Positions 40,596 to 50,068 of a stretch of 64,000 bases of DNA are shown piece after piece. The stretch spans positions 1 through 64,000 of the IMG/VR virus record IMGVR_UViG_3300003523_000012; one strand, written 5' to 3'. A program made the translations under genes and the position numbers. Every line of letters begins with the position of its first letter. The stretch's first letter is position 1. Below the pieces are notes generated by a model that was not told the origin of the DNA, made no database searches, and saw nothing but the letters and a program-made list of their open reading frames with translations. This stretch comes from a virus (taxonomy: Duplodnaviria; Caudoviricetes).

Positions 40596-42296
40596 TTATT
40601 CAAATATAATAGTCAATGGGTCACTTACTTGAATTGTGTCAATGTTTGTCACAACTCCATTAGTTGTCATTCCATTCTTGAATTTCCATCCACCCATCAA
40701 TACAGGGAATTGGTCATTATTGTCTAGATAGATGTTCCCATGAGCATCTAGCCCAACTCCTGGATTCTCATCAGGCTCAATATAGATAGTTGTAGTCTTT
40801 ATATTGTATTTTTGAGTAGCTGGATTGTAGTTATAAGTCTTTTCTTCGTAAAATCTGTCTATAAGTGCTTGCTCATTCTTTTGTGACAAGAAATACACAT
40901 CTACACCATCTATAGCATTAACATTTCTCTTCAATAAATGAACTATATCAGATTTTGGAATGAAGATATCACTCTGTACATTAGCAAAGAACAGACCTAT
41001 CTCAGCTCTTATCTGCTGAGCTATCAAAGCAGTGTCATAATCACCATCTTTCAATTTCACATACACATAACATGCATATTTGCAAATCTCTGGATCAAAC
41101 ACATTGAACACAACACCAGCAAGCTGTTCACCAGACATTGCAATAGAATTATATATAGATTGTTTCTGAGTTCTTGACAGCTTGAAGTCTTCTTCTTTCA
41201 ATCCAAAATAGTCAGATCCATTCTTAAGATATGCTTTATAGTTTCTCATCACAATAGCATTCACTACCATTGAGCCAGGTTCAGTCCATACACGGTTGTA
41301 TCCAACAAATGAGAACTTCTTGAACATTTTTGTGTAATTCTTAGCATCAGCGAGCACAAGCGCACGTGAATTCATTCCAATCATCTCTCTAACTAAATCA
41401 ATATCATCAGAATAGACACCACTTGTGATATAATCTCTATCAACAAGATCAATAGAAAAGATCTTGTTTCCATCAACTTCTTCACCGTCAATAGTTTTCA
41501 ACTTGTCTTGAAACAAGAACATAGCACCTTCATCCCAGTCAATATTGCCAGACTCACCATTATGGATAAGATAAGTCACTCTAACTTGCTGCCCATCAGC
41601 AAGAGCTTTACCATATTGGTTGTTTCCAAACACGATGTCAAATCCACTCTTCAATGAAGTTCTAGCTACATACTGGTTGGCATTAGGCTCCATATCATAC
41701 ACAGATTCAACACGCTCCCATGGCTCATTGTCAACATACACTTCTAGATAGTCAATATCTGCATCACCAGAGAATTTTATGTTCTTAGAGTAAAGCTGGC
41801 CACCTGTTGAGATGAATTTCTGGGTCTCAAACTCACCTTCTGCTACTGTAAGATACTTGCTAGAGTTGTCACTTTGGAGATTGCAAACTATAGACTCTTG
41901 AGGAAGTATGATGTTGTACCCCATGCCGGTTTGAGAGCTTACAAGCTTAGTCCTATTTGGGATCACAATGCTAGAGACCTGCTCATTATTTGGTTTCCAA
42001 GTGAGTCTTATGACAGCTGTAGTAGACTTTCCCATTGATGGGTTATAGCCACTGATAGATGCTAGATTGTATATAGAGCGCTTTCTCTCAGCAGTGTATT
42101 TGTTCTGCTCAGTCAAAGAGTCTTCTATATAGTACATCATATTCTGGCATGCACTTCCAAGAATATTCACCAGTTGTCCAAATATAGTGTTTGCATTAAA
42201 GTTAGTGTCATATCTAGAAAGAGTGCTAGAAAGACCATTTCTAACTGCATCAAGGAATTTCTCCCATTGTAATTGTATTAAAGAGAATATTTTCAT
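40596..42296 (-). CDS. Baseplate wedge subunit (T4 gp6 / baseplate J-like)
   Basis: SIYNLASISGYNP, IVFGNNQYGK, VTYL..NGESGN, RALVLADAKNY. Confidence 0.85.
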   Translation of the reverse strand: MKIFSLIQLQWEKFLDAVRNGLSSTLSRYDTNFNANTIFGQLVNILGSACQNMMYYIEDSLTEQNKYTAERKRSIYNLASISGYNPSMGKSTTAVIRLTWKPNNEQVSSIVIPNRTKLVSSQTGMGYNIILPQESIVCNLQSDNSSKYLTVAEGEFETQKFISTGGQLYSKNIKFSGDADIDYLEVYVDNEPWERVESVYDMEPNANQYVARTSLKSGFDIVFGNNQYGKALADGQQVRVTYLIHNGESGNIDWDEGAMFLFQDKLKTIDGEEVDGNKIFSIDLVDRDYITSGVYSDDIDLVREMIGMNSRALVLADAKNYTKMFKKFSFVGYNRVWTEPGSMVVNAIVMRNYKAYLKNGSDYFGLKEEDFKLSRTQKQSIYNSIAMSGEQLAGVVFNVFDPEICKYACYVYVKLKDGDYDTALIAQQIRAEIGLFFANVQSDIFIPKSDIVHLLKRNVNAIDGVDVYFLSQKNEQALIDRFYEEKTYNYNPATQKYNIKTTTIYIEPDENPGVGLDAHGNIYLDNNDQFPVLMGGWKFKNGMTTNGVVTNIDTIQVSDPLTIIFE

Positions 42297-42301
42297 ATCT
42301 T

Positions 42302-42643
42302 TTACTCTACTTTATATATTTTTTGATATTGTTGCCCATTCACATACACATTGACTTCAAGCAATATGATGTCATTGAACTCACCTTTAAGTATTGACAC
42401 ATTCACGGAGTATGAGTTGCCAAAGAACTCAACATTTTGAGCTAGCTGGTTCTCTGCATATTCTTTTATAACGCTAGTTGGATATGAGAGGTCCCAAATG
42501 AATGTCTCATACTCACTGCCATATTTTGGCTCACCTATCACATCAGTAGGTGTTGTAGAGAACAACATGTCAATTTGTTGCAGTATCAAATCTACTTCTT
42601 CCGTAAGTTGGATTTCATCTTCAGTTGCGCAAAAATCAATCAT
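42302..42643 (-). CDS. Baseplate protein (gp25-like)
   Basis: LFSTTPTDVIGEPKYGS..E.FIW. Confidence 0.75.
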   Translation of the reverse strand: MIDFCATEDEIQLTEEVDLILQQIDMLFSTTPTDVIGEPKYGSEYETFIWDLSYPTSVIKEYAENQLAQNVEFFGNSYSVNVSILKGEFNDIILLEVNVYVNGQQYQKIYKVE

Positions 42644-42656
42644 TTATAGTATCAAT

Positions 42657-44189
42657 TTATTCAAGGGTGTAATTGCCAGTTGTGATGATCTCATCATTAT
42701 CATCTAAGATATAGAAGATCCCATTCTCAATTTCTTCTGGAAGCTGTTTTCCAACAACTTTGAAGATCACATTAGAGCTTTGTCTTCCATACTCAACAAA
42801 ATCAACATCAGCAATTCTTAGTGTGAAGGTCTCGACATAGTTCTTGTACTCTCTAAGATTTATAGCAATGTTCTCAGTAGCACTTGGATGCACTACTATG
42901 CTGTTGCTAGCTTGAGTCCTTATAAACACAGGTCTAGTTAAGTTGTTCTTGAAATCATTAGGCTTGTCTATATTGATTATTTGTTTCTGGGTCTTGTTCA
43001 CTATATTTATTGTATCCATATTGTTGAATGATGTTGTATTGTTGTCATTGTCAAACTCACTCAAGACTGAGTCTATATCCACTGGCACTTCATTTGCAAG
43101 TATCTTTGCAAACATGTTTTGGTCTACACTTATAGAGTTACTCAATAGTGTGAGCATTGGCAACTCATCGACTTTTATCTCAGTCACAGCTTTGAATTGC
43201 AATCCAGCAGAGAACTCATTCCATGAGTTGAATTTTATTGTAGAGAACTGGTCATCTGGATCTGGAATTACATAGAAATCAACTCCACTTCCTGATCCAT
43301 TTCCACTTCCTGATCCAGTCTCAGCATAGATGTTGTAAATGTTTTCATTATCAAACAATGTGAGAGTAGAGCTTAAAGATATTGGGTCACTCCCACCAAG
43401 CTTGTAAGTCTCATTTATGTATTCTTCTAAATTGTTATATATCCCATTGTACACAAAGTCTAGATGGATAGTGGATGGAGCAATGTAGCTTATTAGAGTA
43501 GTCAAAGTCATGTTCTCATCATTAGATAGCAGCAATGAGTTCATTCCACCAAGATAGTTATCAAGCTTTGACCATTGTGTGTCAGAAAGCTTTTTGACTG
43601 GATGGATCTCAATAGTGAGCATGCTTCCAGTATTGTTCAAATTTGCTGGCTCACCACAAACCTGTTGTCTGAATCTGGCCCAATCATCAGAGTAAGCTAA
43701 CTCCCATGGGTCTGGAAAGATGATGTTGATGTACTCCATATATCTTATGTTGTTCATCTCTTTCTTTCCAGGATAAGAGATTGCATTTCTTCTATCTAGA
43801 ACAGTCTCATTCAAGACAATCTTGTCACCATTGATATAAGTATATGCAGAGAACACATAAAGCCAGTTTCCAGTATAAGTCTCTACACTGTAAGTTGGGA
43901 AATACACATTCACAGAGCTCAAGTTCACATGGTCTGGAATAAAGTCCTGCTGTGTTCTTGGATCATTGTCTTCAATGAGGTTCCATTGGTTTGTGTTTCT
44001 CTCTGCATCTTTTATGTTTGAGTTCTGGAACATGTTCACAAATTGGAATATGTTCTCACCAACAGATCCAATACCTTGATTGATGTAAGCAAAGTTCCCA
44101 CTTTCAACAGACTCAATGTTGTCAACATACTCAACCCCATAGCGAAATTGTTTCCTGCCATTGTATATATTAATTTGAGTCTGTTGCAT
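42657..44189 (-). CDS. Putative virion structural protein
   Basis: 510-aa ORF heading the baseplate operon. Confidence 0.55.
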   Translation of the reverse strand: MQQTQINIYNGRKQFRYGVEYVDNIESVESGNFAYINQGIGSVGENIFQFVNMFQNSNIKDAERNTNQWNLIEDNDPRTQQDFIPDHVNLSSVNVYFPTYSVETYTGNWLYVFSAYTYINGDKIVLNETVLDRRNAISYPGKKEMNNIRYMEYINIIFPDPWELAYSDDWARFRQQVCGEPANLNNTGSMLTIEIHPVKKLSDTQWSKLDNYLGGMNSLLLSNDENMTLTTLISYIAPSTIHLDFVYNGIYNNLEEYINETYKLGGSDPISLSSTLTLFDNENIYNIYAETGSGSGNGSGSGVDFYVIPDPDDQFSTIKFNSWNEFSAGLQFKAVTEIKVDELPMLTLLSNSISVDQNMFAKILANEVPVDIDSVLSEFDNDNNTTSFNNMDTINIVNKTQKQIINIDKPNDFKNNLTRPVFIRTQASNSIVVHPSATENIAINLREYKNYVETFTLRIADVDFVEYGRQSSNVIFKVVGKQLPEEIENGIFYILDDNDEIITTGNYTLE

Positions 44190-44269
44190 TTATAGCCTTT
44201 TGTTTTGTAAATAATAACTGAATTAGAAATGCTTTTATAATATGTTGATACCAAATAAACCATTTTAGA

Positions 44270-47149
44270 ATGATTTTAGATTATACTTTTTCAAAGCAAG
44301 ACAAGAGATTTGAAGTCTCTTACATTACTGAGAAAGGTCAGAAGTCATTCCTTACTTTTGATAACCTGAGTCGGTTCAAGACTTACTACTACACACCAGC
44401 AGGAGAGTTTGACACTTATGATGGAGCAAAAGCAGGGATATGCTATACTGACTCTCCAAGCAAGTTTGACATCAAGGAGTATCTCACAGAGCTTCCTGAC
44501 CAATACAAAAGCTTGATCTCACAAAAAACTTATCCTAAGTTGTACACATTCGATATTGAGACCAAGATCTCTGAGACTGGTGAGTTCCCAGACCCAGCAA
44601 TAGCAAAGCAAGAGATCACAACTATATCTGTTGTGTCTCCAGATTTGAATGCTATAGTGTTTGGAACTAAGGCATTGAGTCAAGAAGAGCTAGCTTATTG
44701 TGAGAAGTCATTCAAGGAATATGTAGAAGCTAATGAATTCTTCCAGACTTTGAAGAAACCTACTCCAACATTCAAATACATATTATGTGACAATGAGAAA
44801 GAGATGTTGAGATTATTCTTGACAAGGATAGTTGCAAAAGTCTCAATATTAGCTGGTTGGAACTCAATATTGTTTGACTGGCAATATATAGTGAATCGTA
44901 TAAAGAACAATTATCCAATGCTTTCTCTTAAGTTAGCTAGTTGCACTAAACAATTGACTAAGAAGAGATTCACATCTCGCTTGGGTGATAAGATTGATCT
45001 TCCTATGCCAGTTCACACTCTTATTCTGGATATGATGGACATCATCAAAGATGACATCACAATCATGCCAATCAAAGAGTCACTTGGACTTGACTATATA
45101 GCTTCAGAGTCAGTGAAAGCTAACAAGATCAAGTATGATGGGACACTTCAAGACTTGTATAACAATGACTATAAGAATTATGTGTTCTACAACTGCATCG
45201 ACTCTGTGTTGGTACAATTGATAGACTATAGGTTCCGTTGTCTTGAACTTTATTACCAATATGCTTTGTATTGCAATGAGAAGATAGGGAACTGCTTCTC
45301 TCCTATTGCTCTTACTGAGTCATTAGTGTTCAAAGACTTCTATGAGAATGGAGTCAAGATTGTGTATCAGAAAGCTGAGACACCAGAAAGAACACCATTG
45401 ATTGGTGCATATGTAAAAGTCCCAATTCCTGGCAAATACAAGTTCATATGCTGCAATGACTTTGCTTCTCTGTATCCATCAACAATCATCACATGCAACA
45501 TCTCATTTGAGAACTATGTTGGTGCATTCTATGATGAAGCTAAGCTTGAGTATTTCAGAAAGCAAGAAGGAAAATATCTGATCATTGGTGGGCAAGTCTA
45601 CAAGAATGATGGGAAACCAAATAAGCCATCAATTGGTGAGTTTATTGGAAACTTCATTGATGAGAAGAGACTAGAGAAGTACAAGAAAGACAAGAACTAC
45701 TTTGTCAGTGTGAATGGACACGTGTATAGAAATGACAAAGAGTACACATTCAAGAGAATCCAAAGAAAACTTAAAGCTGAGAGGAACATTGACAAGTATC
45801 TTGGCAAGAAGATTGAAGCAGAAGTAGTTACAGATATCAGACATCTCATAAAAGGTGCGGATGAGAAGCTCCATACTTATGAAGCAGACATTATAGAGTC
45901 ATTAGAGCAGCTTGGATATAAAGGATATTCTTGTGGTGAAGACTTTAGAAAGCTTTCTGTTGAAGAGTTGAAAGATGCTGAGAGAATAATCTACGCAGAG
46001 TGCAAGTTCAAAGAGTCACATCAGATGGCTATGAAGTTGCTAGGTAACTCAATGTACGGAGGATGCTCACATGTTGCTTTCTATTTCTATAATATGAACT
46101 TAGCAAATGATATCACTGGTGAAGCAAGAAATGTGATTCACATGATGGAGCATCATATTCCTAAGTTCTTTGAAGACAATTGGTTTGATATGAAAGAAGA
46201 GCACAAGAGATGGGGCATTGAAGTAGACCAGTCACTTAGAGGCAAAGTCAAGAATTTGTGTATACCTATATATGGTGATACTGATTCTATATATTCATCT
46301 TACCAGAATCTGCTCAAGACTATTAAAGGAATTGACAAGATGACGGATTCAGAAAAATTGAACATCATCTTGAATTTGAACACAGACTTCTTGGACAAGC
46401 ACAATTTTGAGTATATGAGAGACTATTATGCAAAAAGATTTGTAGATTCTGTCCAGAATTTTGAATTAGAGACAATTGCCTCATCTGGAGTGTGGCTCAC
46501 ATCTAAAAAGAAGTATGCACAGATACTCCTATGGAAAGATGGAACGTTCTATGATGCAGATGATCTCCCAATGAAGATCAAAGGATTGGAAGTTGTGAAG
46601 TCTAGCACATCTAAAGTGGCTAGAACTCAACTCAAAGAGATCATTCGAAGACTTCTTGAGATTAATGACACACCAGAGAATGAGACTCAACTGATGAACA
46701 TTGAAGTCCAGAAAAAGAAAAATGAGTTCTTGAAGTGTGATGTTGAGTCAGTTAGTGGAAGCTGCAATGTGAACACTTATAGAAATTATGTCATATCTGA
46801 TGATGGAGATCAGCCAGAGTTCAGGCCAAAAGTCCCATACAATGTTCGTGCATTAGCTTTATATAACAACATTATCAAGAAAAAGCACTTCAAAGAAGAG
46901 CCAATCTATGCTGGAAAGCTCAAATGGTACATTGTGAAATCTAGAATGAAAACTAAAGACACTCAATATTTTGCATTCCAGTCAAAGAATCTTCCAGATT
47001 GGAGTCAAGACTTTGCACCGATAGACAAAAAGACTATGTTCCAAAAGCAAGTGCTAGACCCATTCAATAGGATCTTGGAATCAATTGGCTATAAGAAACT
47101 TGAGATTGATGGCAATATCCAAACAGATCTGTTTTCACTATTCATGTAG
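44270..47149 (+). CDS. Family B DNA polymerase (T4 gp43-like)
   Basis: Exo FDIET, GWNSILFD, YNCID; pol DFASLYPS, KLLGNSMYG, YGDTDS, KKKYA. Confidence 0.96.
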   Translation: MILDYTFSKQDKRFEVSYITEKGQKSFLTFDNLSRFKTYYYTPAGEFDTYDGAKAGICYTDSPSKFDIKEYLTELPDQYKSLISQKTYPKLYTFDIETKISETGEFPDPAIAKQEITTISVVSPDLNAIVFGTKALSQEELAYCEKSFKEYVEANEFFQTLKKPTPTFKYILCDNEKEMLRLFLTRIVAKVSILAGWNSILFDWQYIVNRIKNNYPMLSLKLASCTKQLTKKRFTSRLGDKIDLPMPVHTLILDMMDIIKDDITIMPIKESLGLDYIASESVKANKIKYDGTLQDLYNNDYKNYVFYNCIDSVLVQLIDYRFRCLELYYQYALYCNEKIGNCFSPIALTESLVFKDFYENGVKIVYQKAETPERTPLIGAYVKVPIPGKYKFICCNDFASLYPSTIITCNISFENYVGAFYDEAKLEYFRKQEGKYLIIGGQVYKNDGKPNKPSIGEFIGNFIDEKRLEKYKKDKNYFVSVNGHVYRNDKEYTFKRIQRKLKAERNIDKYLGKKIEAEVVTDIRHLIKGADEKLHTYEADIIESLEQLGYKGYSCGEDFRKLSVEELKDAERIIYAECKFKESHQMAMKLLGNSMYGGCSHVAFYFYNMNLANDITGEARNVIHMMEHHIPKFFEDNWFDMKEEHKRWGIEVDQSLRGKVKNLCIPIYGDTDSIYSSYQNLLKTIKGIDKMTDSEKLNIILNLNTDFLDKHNFEYMRDYYAKRFVDSVQNFELETIASSGVWLTSKKKYAQILLWKDGTFYDADDLPMKIKGLEVVKSSTSKVARTQLKEIIRRLLEINDTPENETQLMNIEVQKKKNEFLKCDVESVSGSCNVNTYRNYVISDDGDQPEFRPKVPYNVRALALYNNIIKKKHFKEEPIYAGKLKWYIVKSRMKTKDTQYFAFQSKNLPDWSQDFAPIDKKTMFQKQVLDPFNRILESIGYKKLEIDGNIQTDLFSLFM

Positions 47150-47224
47150 AAAAATTTAATTATTAAAAATCATAGCTTATTATATATCTTGAATTATAAC
47201 AAAAGAAATTTTAATTCCTTTTCA

Positions 47225-47311
47225 ATGACACAAAACTTGCACATAGCAGCCAATATTTATCGCCCAAGTTCACTTAATACAGAATTTGGCAAAGATTGGT
47301 CTATGCTATAG
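47225..47311 (+). CDS. Putative 28-aa attenuator leader peptide MTQNLHIAANIYRPSSLNTEFGKDWSML
   Basis: Short ORF whose TAG overlaps the anti-terminator strand GGGCAGG. Confidence 0.6.
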   Translation: MTQNLHIAANIYRPSSLNTEFGKDWSML

Positions 47312-47342
47312 GGCAGGTGGATGTGATTATATAATATCTCTT

Positions 47343-47372
47343 AAGCCTGCCCAGAAATGAGCAGGTTTTTTT
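47343..47372 (+). terminator. Attenuator terminator with alternative anti-terminator pairing
   Basis: AAGCCTGCCCA-GAAA-TGAGCAGGTTT plus U-tract; CCTGCCC (47346-52) is complementary to GGGCAGG (47311-17). Confidence 0.75.
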
Positions 47373-47434
47373 GTTGTTAAATACCAAAAGGATTGAGATA
47401 TATTAGAACCGTTGACGAATGATAAACAACACTC

Positions 47435-47462
47435 GTTAACTCTAAAGAAACTGAAATATATT
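47435..47462 (+). promoter_or_regulatory. GTTAA-N17-TATATT promoter of tRNA array block 1
   Basis: Exact motif. Confidence 0.7.
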
Positions 47463-47494
47463 GACACTGATGAGTCATTAAAACATCAAATTGA

Positions 47495-47518
47495 GTTCTT
47501 TGACATATTGGCTAGAAT
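47495..47518 (+). promoter_or_regulatory. boxA-like antitermination site (copy 1)
   Basis: GTTCTTTGACATATTGGCTAGAAT; repeated with 1 mismatch at 51943. Confidence 0.7.
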
Positions 47519-47708
47519 GCATGAATGAAAGAAAATTATTTGGGTGAACCTGAATGAGGAAATGAATTTGATCTGAAAAGATCTACTTATTCAGGAGCCC
47601 TTCACCCATCACAATAGCATTGTTTGGTTGATGCCGCCGAGGGAGGTATCACGGTTCATATAGAACTCTGAACGGTCTGCTTGCCGGTGTCAAGAACAAT
47701 GCTCATAT

Positions 47709-47793
47709 GCGCCCGTAGCTCAGTTGGTTTGCGAAAGCTTAGAGTACGTGACTTTTAATCTCGGGGTCGTGGGTTCGAGTCCCACTGGGCGCA
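47709..47793 (+). tRNA. tRNA-Lys(UUU) with extra hairpin in D-loop
   Basis: Cloverleaf; loop CTTTTAA. Confidence 0.85.
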
Positions 47794-47796
47794 CAA

Positions 47797-47875
47797 AAGG
47801 CAGCTGACGAGCACTCGGTAGTGCATTGCCTTCGAAAGAAGCGAAGGTACGGTTCAACTCCGTCTCAGAGGCCTT
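47797..47875 (+). ncRNA. tRNA-like RNA, no canonical anticodon loop
   Basis: D-arm GCAC/GTGC, T-arm ACGG-TTCAACT-CCGT, terminal AAGGC/GCCTT. Confidence 0.55.
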
Positions 47876-47879
47876 ATTT

Positions 47880-47954
47880 GGGGGAGTAGCTTCAATCGGT
47901 TAGAGCGGCGGCCTGTTAAGCCGATGGTTGTGGGTTCGAGTCCCACCTCCCCCG
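47880..47954 (+). tRNA. tRNA-Asn(GUU)
   Basis: Cloverleaf; loop CTGTTAA. Confidence 0.9.
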
Positions 47955-47967
47955 CAAAAAAAAAAAT

Positions 47968-48050
47968 GGGAGTGCGCCAACGATGGTGAGTTGGGGCGGA
48001 CTGTAAATCCGTTGCCTTAGGCTTAGTAGGTTCGAATCCTACCACTCCCA
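47968..48050 (+). tRNA. tRNA-Tyr(GUA)
   Basis: Loop CTGTAAA; long variable arm. Confidence 0.9.
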
Positions 48051-48069
48051 CGAAATTAATAAGAATAAT

Positions 48070-48142
48070 GGAGCTCTGGTGTAACTGGTGTGCTCGCTGG
48101 ACTGAAAATCCAGAGGTCGTCGTTCGAATCGGCGGGGCTCCA
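48070..48142 (+). tRNA. tRNA-Phe(GAA)
   Basis: Loop CTGAAAA. Confidence 0.9.
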
Positions 48143-48145
48143 CTA

Positions 48146-48354
48146 AAGTCAAGAACAGACCACCAAGTAGCGATCGGGGTAAGTCTTATAATAATGTCGA
48201 CTTAGTTTGAGATGTTGTCTCGGAGCGTAAGAGCTGCCGTCAGCCCGATGAACGGTGTTGGTATCGTGAGGTGCCATAGGATGCAACGCAACAGTGCAGT
48301 TTGTGAAGAGCATATAATCAATACACTGCCATTGCTCGTAAATTTTCTTGACTT
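48146..48354 (+). ncRNA. Unassigned structured ncRNA (~210 nt)
   Basis: Closed by perfect AAGTCAAGAA/TTCTTGACTT stem; GC-rich interior; no ORF. Confidence 0.55.
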
Positions 48355-48360
48355 ATTTTT

Positions 48361-48435
48361 AGGGAGTTAGCTCAGAGAGAAGAGTGTCACTGAACGTGGA
48401 GGTGAAGGTCGGTGGTTCGATTCCATCACTCCCAA
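48361..48435 (+). tRNA. Atypical tRNA, anticodon undetermined
   Basis: Acceptor GGGAGT/ACTCCC and normal T-arm; enlarged anticodon loop; no D-loop GG. Confidence 0.5.
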
Positions 48436-48662
48436 CAAATGTCTTTCTTTGGTGTAATCTTGCAATGAATTAGTTACACTTGAACCAGATTATCAAACAC
48501 CGGTTGTAGATATTCTAAGTTTGGTGTGACATGTTCAAAACTGATCCAGAGAGTTTTGTGAGAAGCGGCCGCTTCTCACACGACACGAAGAGTACCAGAA
48601 TAGCATACCTGTCATGGGACAGGAGATGAGATAGCAGTAATGTCTCAAGTTAGACTTTTTTT

Positions 48663-48746
48663 GGAGAATTAACTGCAGCGGCCTGCAGACCGGTCTTGAA
48701 AACCGTGGGAGTGTAACAGCTTGGGGATCGACACCTCAGTTCTCCG
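48663..48746 (+). tRNA. tRNA-Ser(UGA)
   Basis: Loop CTTGAAA; long variable arm; G73. Confidence 0.85.
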
Positions 48747-48756
48747 CAAATATTTT

Positions 48757-48830
48757 GGACCTATAGTCCCAGTGGTCTAGGATGCCTGACTGTCTATCAG
48801 GAGGCCCGGGTTCGAGTCCCGGTAGGTCCG
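48757..48830 (+). tRNA. tRNA-Asp(GUC)
   Basis: Loop CTGTCTA. Confidence 0.9.
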
Positions 48831-48836
48831 CTTTTT

Positions 48837-48909
48837 GCCGGTATAGCTCAATTGGCAGAGCGCCGCATTTGTAATGCGATGGTTGTGGGTTCGATTCCCT
48901 CTACCGGCT
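48837..48909 (+). tRNA. tRNA-Thr(UGU)
   Basis: Loop TTTGTAA. Confidence 0.9.
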
Positions 48910-48915
48910 CAAAAT

Positions 48916-48974
48916 GGAAGTCATACAGCAAATCTTAAAAACTTCTAATGGTGTAGAAAAGAAAATTGACTTCT
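48916..48974 (+). ncRNA. Free-standing ACAGCAA stem-loop module
   Basis: GGAAGTCA-TACAGCAA-loop-TGACTTCT. Confidence 0.7.
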
Positions 48975-48979
48975 GAATT

Positions 48980-49052
48980 GCCTTTGTAGCTCAATAGGTA
49001 GAGCTGGATCCTCTTAAGATCAGGGCTAAGGGTTCGAGTCCCTTCGAAGGCA
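48980..49052 (+). tRNA. tRNA-Lys(CUU)
   Basis: Loop CTCTTAA. Confidence 0.85.
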
Positions 49053-49058
49053 CAAAAT

Positions 49059-49133
49059 GGTCCCTTAGCTCAGTTTGGTTAGAGCGCCTGACTCATAATC
49101 AGATGGTCGTAGGTTCAAGTCCTACAGGGACCA
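49059..49133 (+). tRNA. tRNA(CAU), probably Ile2 (lysidine type)
   Basis: Loop CTCATAA; GGTCCCT acceptor similar to Ile2 tRNAs. Confidence 0.8.
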
Positions 49134-49146
49134 CAAAAATAAACAT

Positions 49147-49221
49147 TGCGGGATAGAGCAGTGGTCTTAGCTCGTCAGGCTCATAACCTGGAGGTCGGGG
49201 GTTCGAATCCCTCTCCCGCTA
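49147..49221 (+). tRNA. tRNA-fMet(CAU)
   Basis: Unpaired 1:72; GCGGGA acceptor; loop CTCATAA. Confidence 0.85.
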
Positions 49222-49227
49222 CAAAAT

Positions 49228-49301
49228 GGGCCCATAGTGATAGTTGGTTAGCACGGAAGCTTTGCAAGCTTTTAGCCTGGGTTCGAGTCCCAGTGGGTCC
49301 A
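49228..49301 (+). tRNA. tRNA-Ala(UGC)
   Basis: Loop TTTGCAA; G3-U70. Confidence 0.9.
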
Positions 49302-49310
49302 CAAGAACAT

Positions 49311-49382
49311 GGGTCTTTAGTATAATTGGTAGTATGGTGGTCTCCAAAACCATTGGTTGAGGTTCGAATCCTTGAGGGCCTG
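49311..49382 (+). tRNA. tRNA-Trp(CCA)
   Basis: Loop CTCCAAA. Confidence 0.9.
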
Positions 49383-49388
49383 CAATAT

Positions 49389-49495
49389 TACAATATGGTG
49401 TAATGGTAACACACTCCTCATGCGGGATCGGATCGCGCACCGAATGAAGTTCTTAAATGAGCTAAGAGATGTGGGTTCAACCCCCACTATTGTAT
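49389..49495 (+). ncRNA. tRNA-like RNA with structured insert replacing the anticodon loop
   Basis: TACAATA/TATTGTA acceptor, GTGT/ACAC D-arm, GTGGG/CCCAC T-arm. Confidence 0.65.
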
Positions 49496-49501
49496 CAAAT
49501 T

Positions 49502-49579
49502 ATGTCTAACAAATTAAATTCAAAAAAGATGAAAAAGTACACACAACTGTAGGTTTGTATCTTAGATGTTCCTCCGTAA
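49502..49579 (+). other. Putative uORF with internal amber codon and Pro-Pro-stop end
   Basis: MSNKLNSKKMKKYTQL*(TAG 49550)VCILDVPP*(TAA). Confidence 0.45.
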
Positions 49580-49645
49580 TTAAGATGATTTTCTATTAAA
49601 AGTAATCAATTCAAAAATTCATTATTCAAATAAAAAATCATCAAA

Positions 49646-50068
49646 ATGAAAAAAGAACAATTTTTAAGATTCAAAGAAGACCTCAAGAAAGAGGCAAAAG
49701 AGCAAAAAGAATTAAAGAACCAAAGAAAATTTGTCCACATTAAAGGTAAGAGGACAATTAATCCTTATGATGCAGCTTGGAAAGTAAGATCGAATAGATG
49801 GGAGCTTGATAAGAAGTATGTCATCTATTATATCTTTAAACATAGAATTGAGGTGACATCATACAACAAGGAACAGGTAATCTGGGATGCATATGTGAAA
49901 CTGCATCAGCAATACAGTACCGCTCGCAGAGAACTCACTCTGACAAACGGCAAGAAGCAAATTAGTTATTACATCGACGCTCCAGACGGCCGTGACTACA
50001 CTCCTGAGGATGCAATGTATGATTTGATCAAAAGATATGACAAGATTATCAAACAATATGGGAACTAA
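49646..50068 (+). CDS. Hypothetical basic protein upstream of Pth2-like gene
   Basis: 140-aa ORF. Confidence 0.7.
   Translation: MKKEQFLRFKEDLKKEAKEQKELKNQRKFVHIKGKRTINPYDAAWKVRSNRWELDKKYVIYYIFKHRIEVTSYNKEQVIWDAYVKLHQQYSTARRELTLTNGKKQISYYIDAPDGRDYTPEDAMYDLIKRYDKIIKQYGN

Noticed and set aside
44270-47149. Intein or intron in polB (also checked nrdD and helicase)
   Set aside because: The extra segment between motifs A and B lacks intein C/S-start, HN-C end and LAGLIDADG motifs; reading frames are continuous.
47804-47836. Hammerhead ribozyme (CTGACGAG...GAAA); also CTGATGAG at 47467
   Set aside because: GAAA does not directly follow stem II and stems I/III are missing; the first site fits a tRNA-like fold better.
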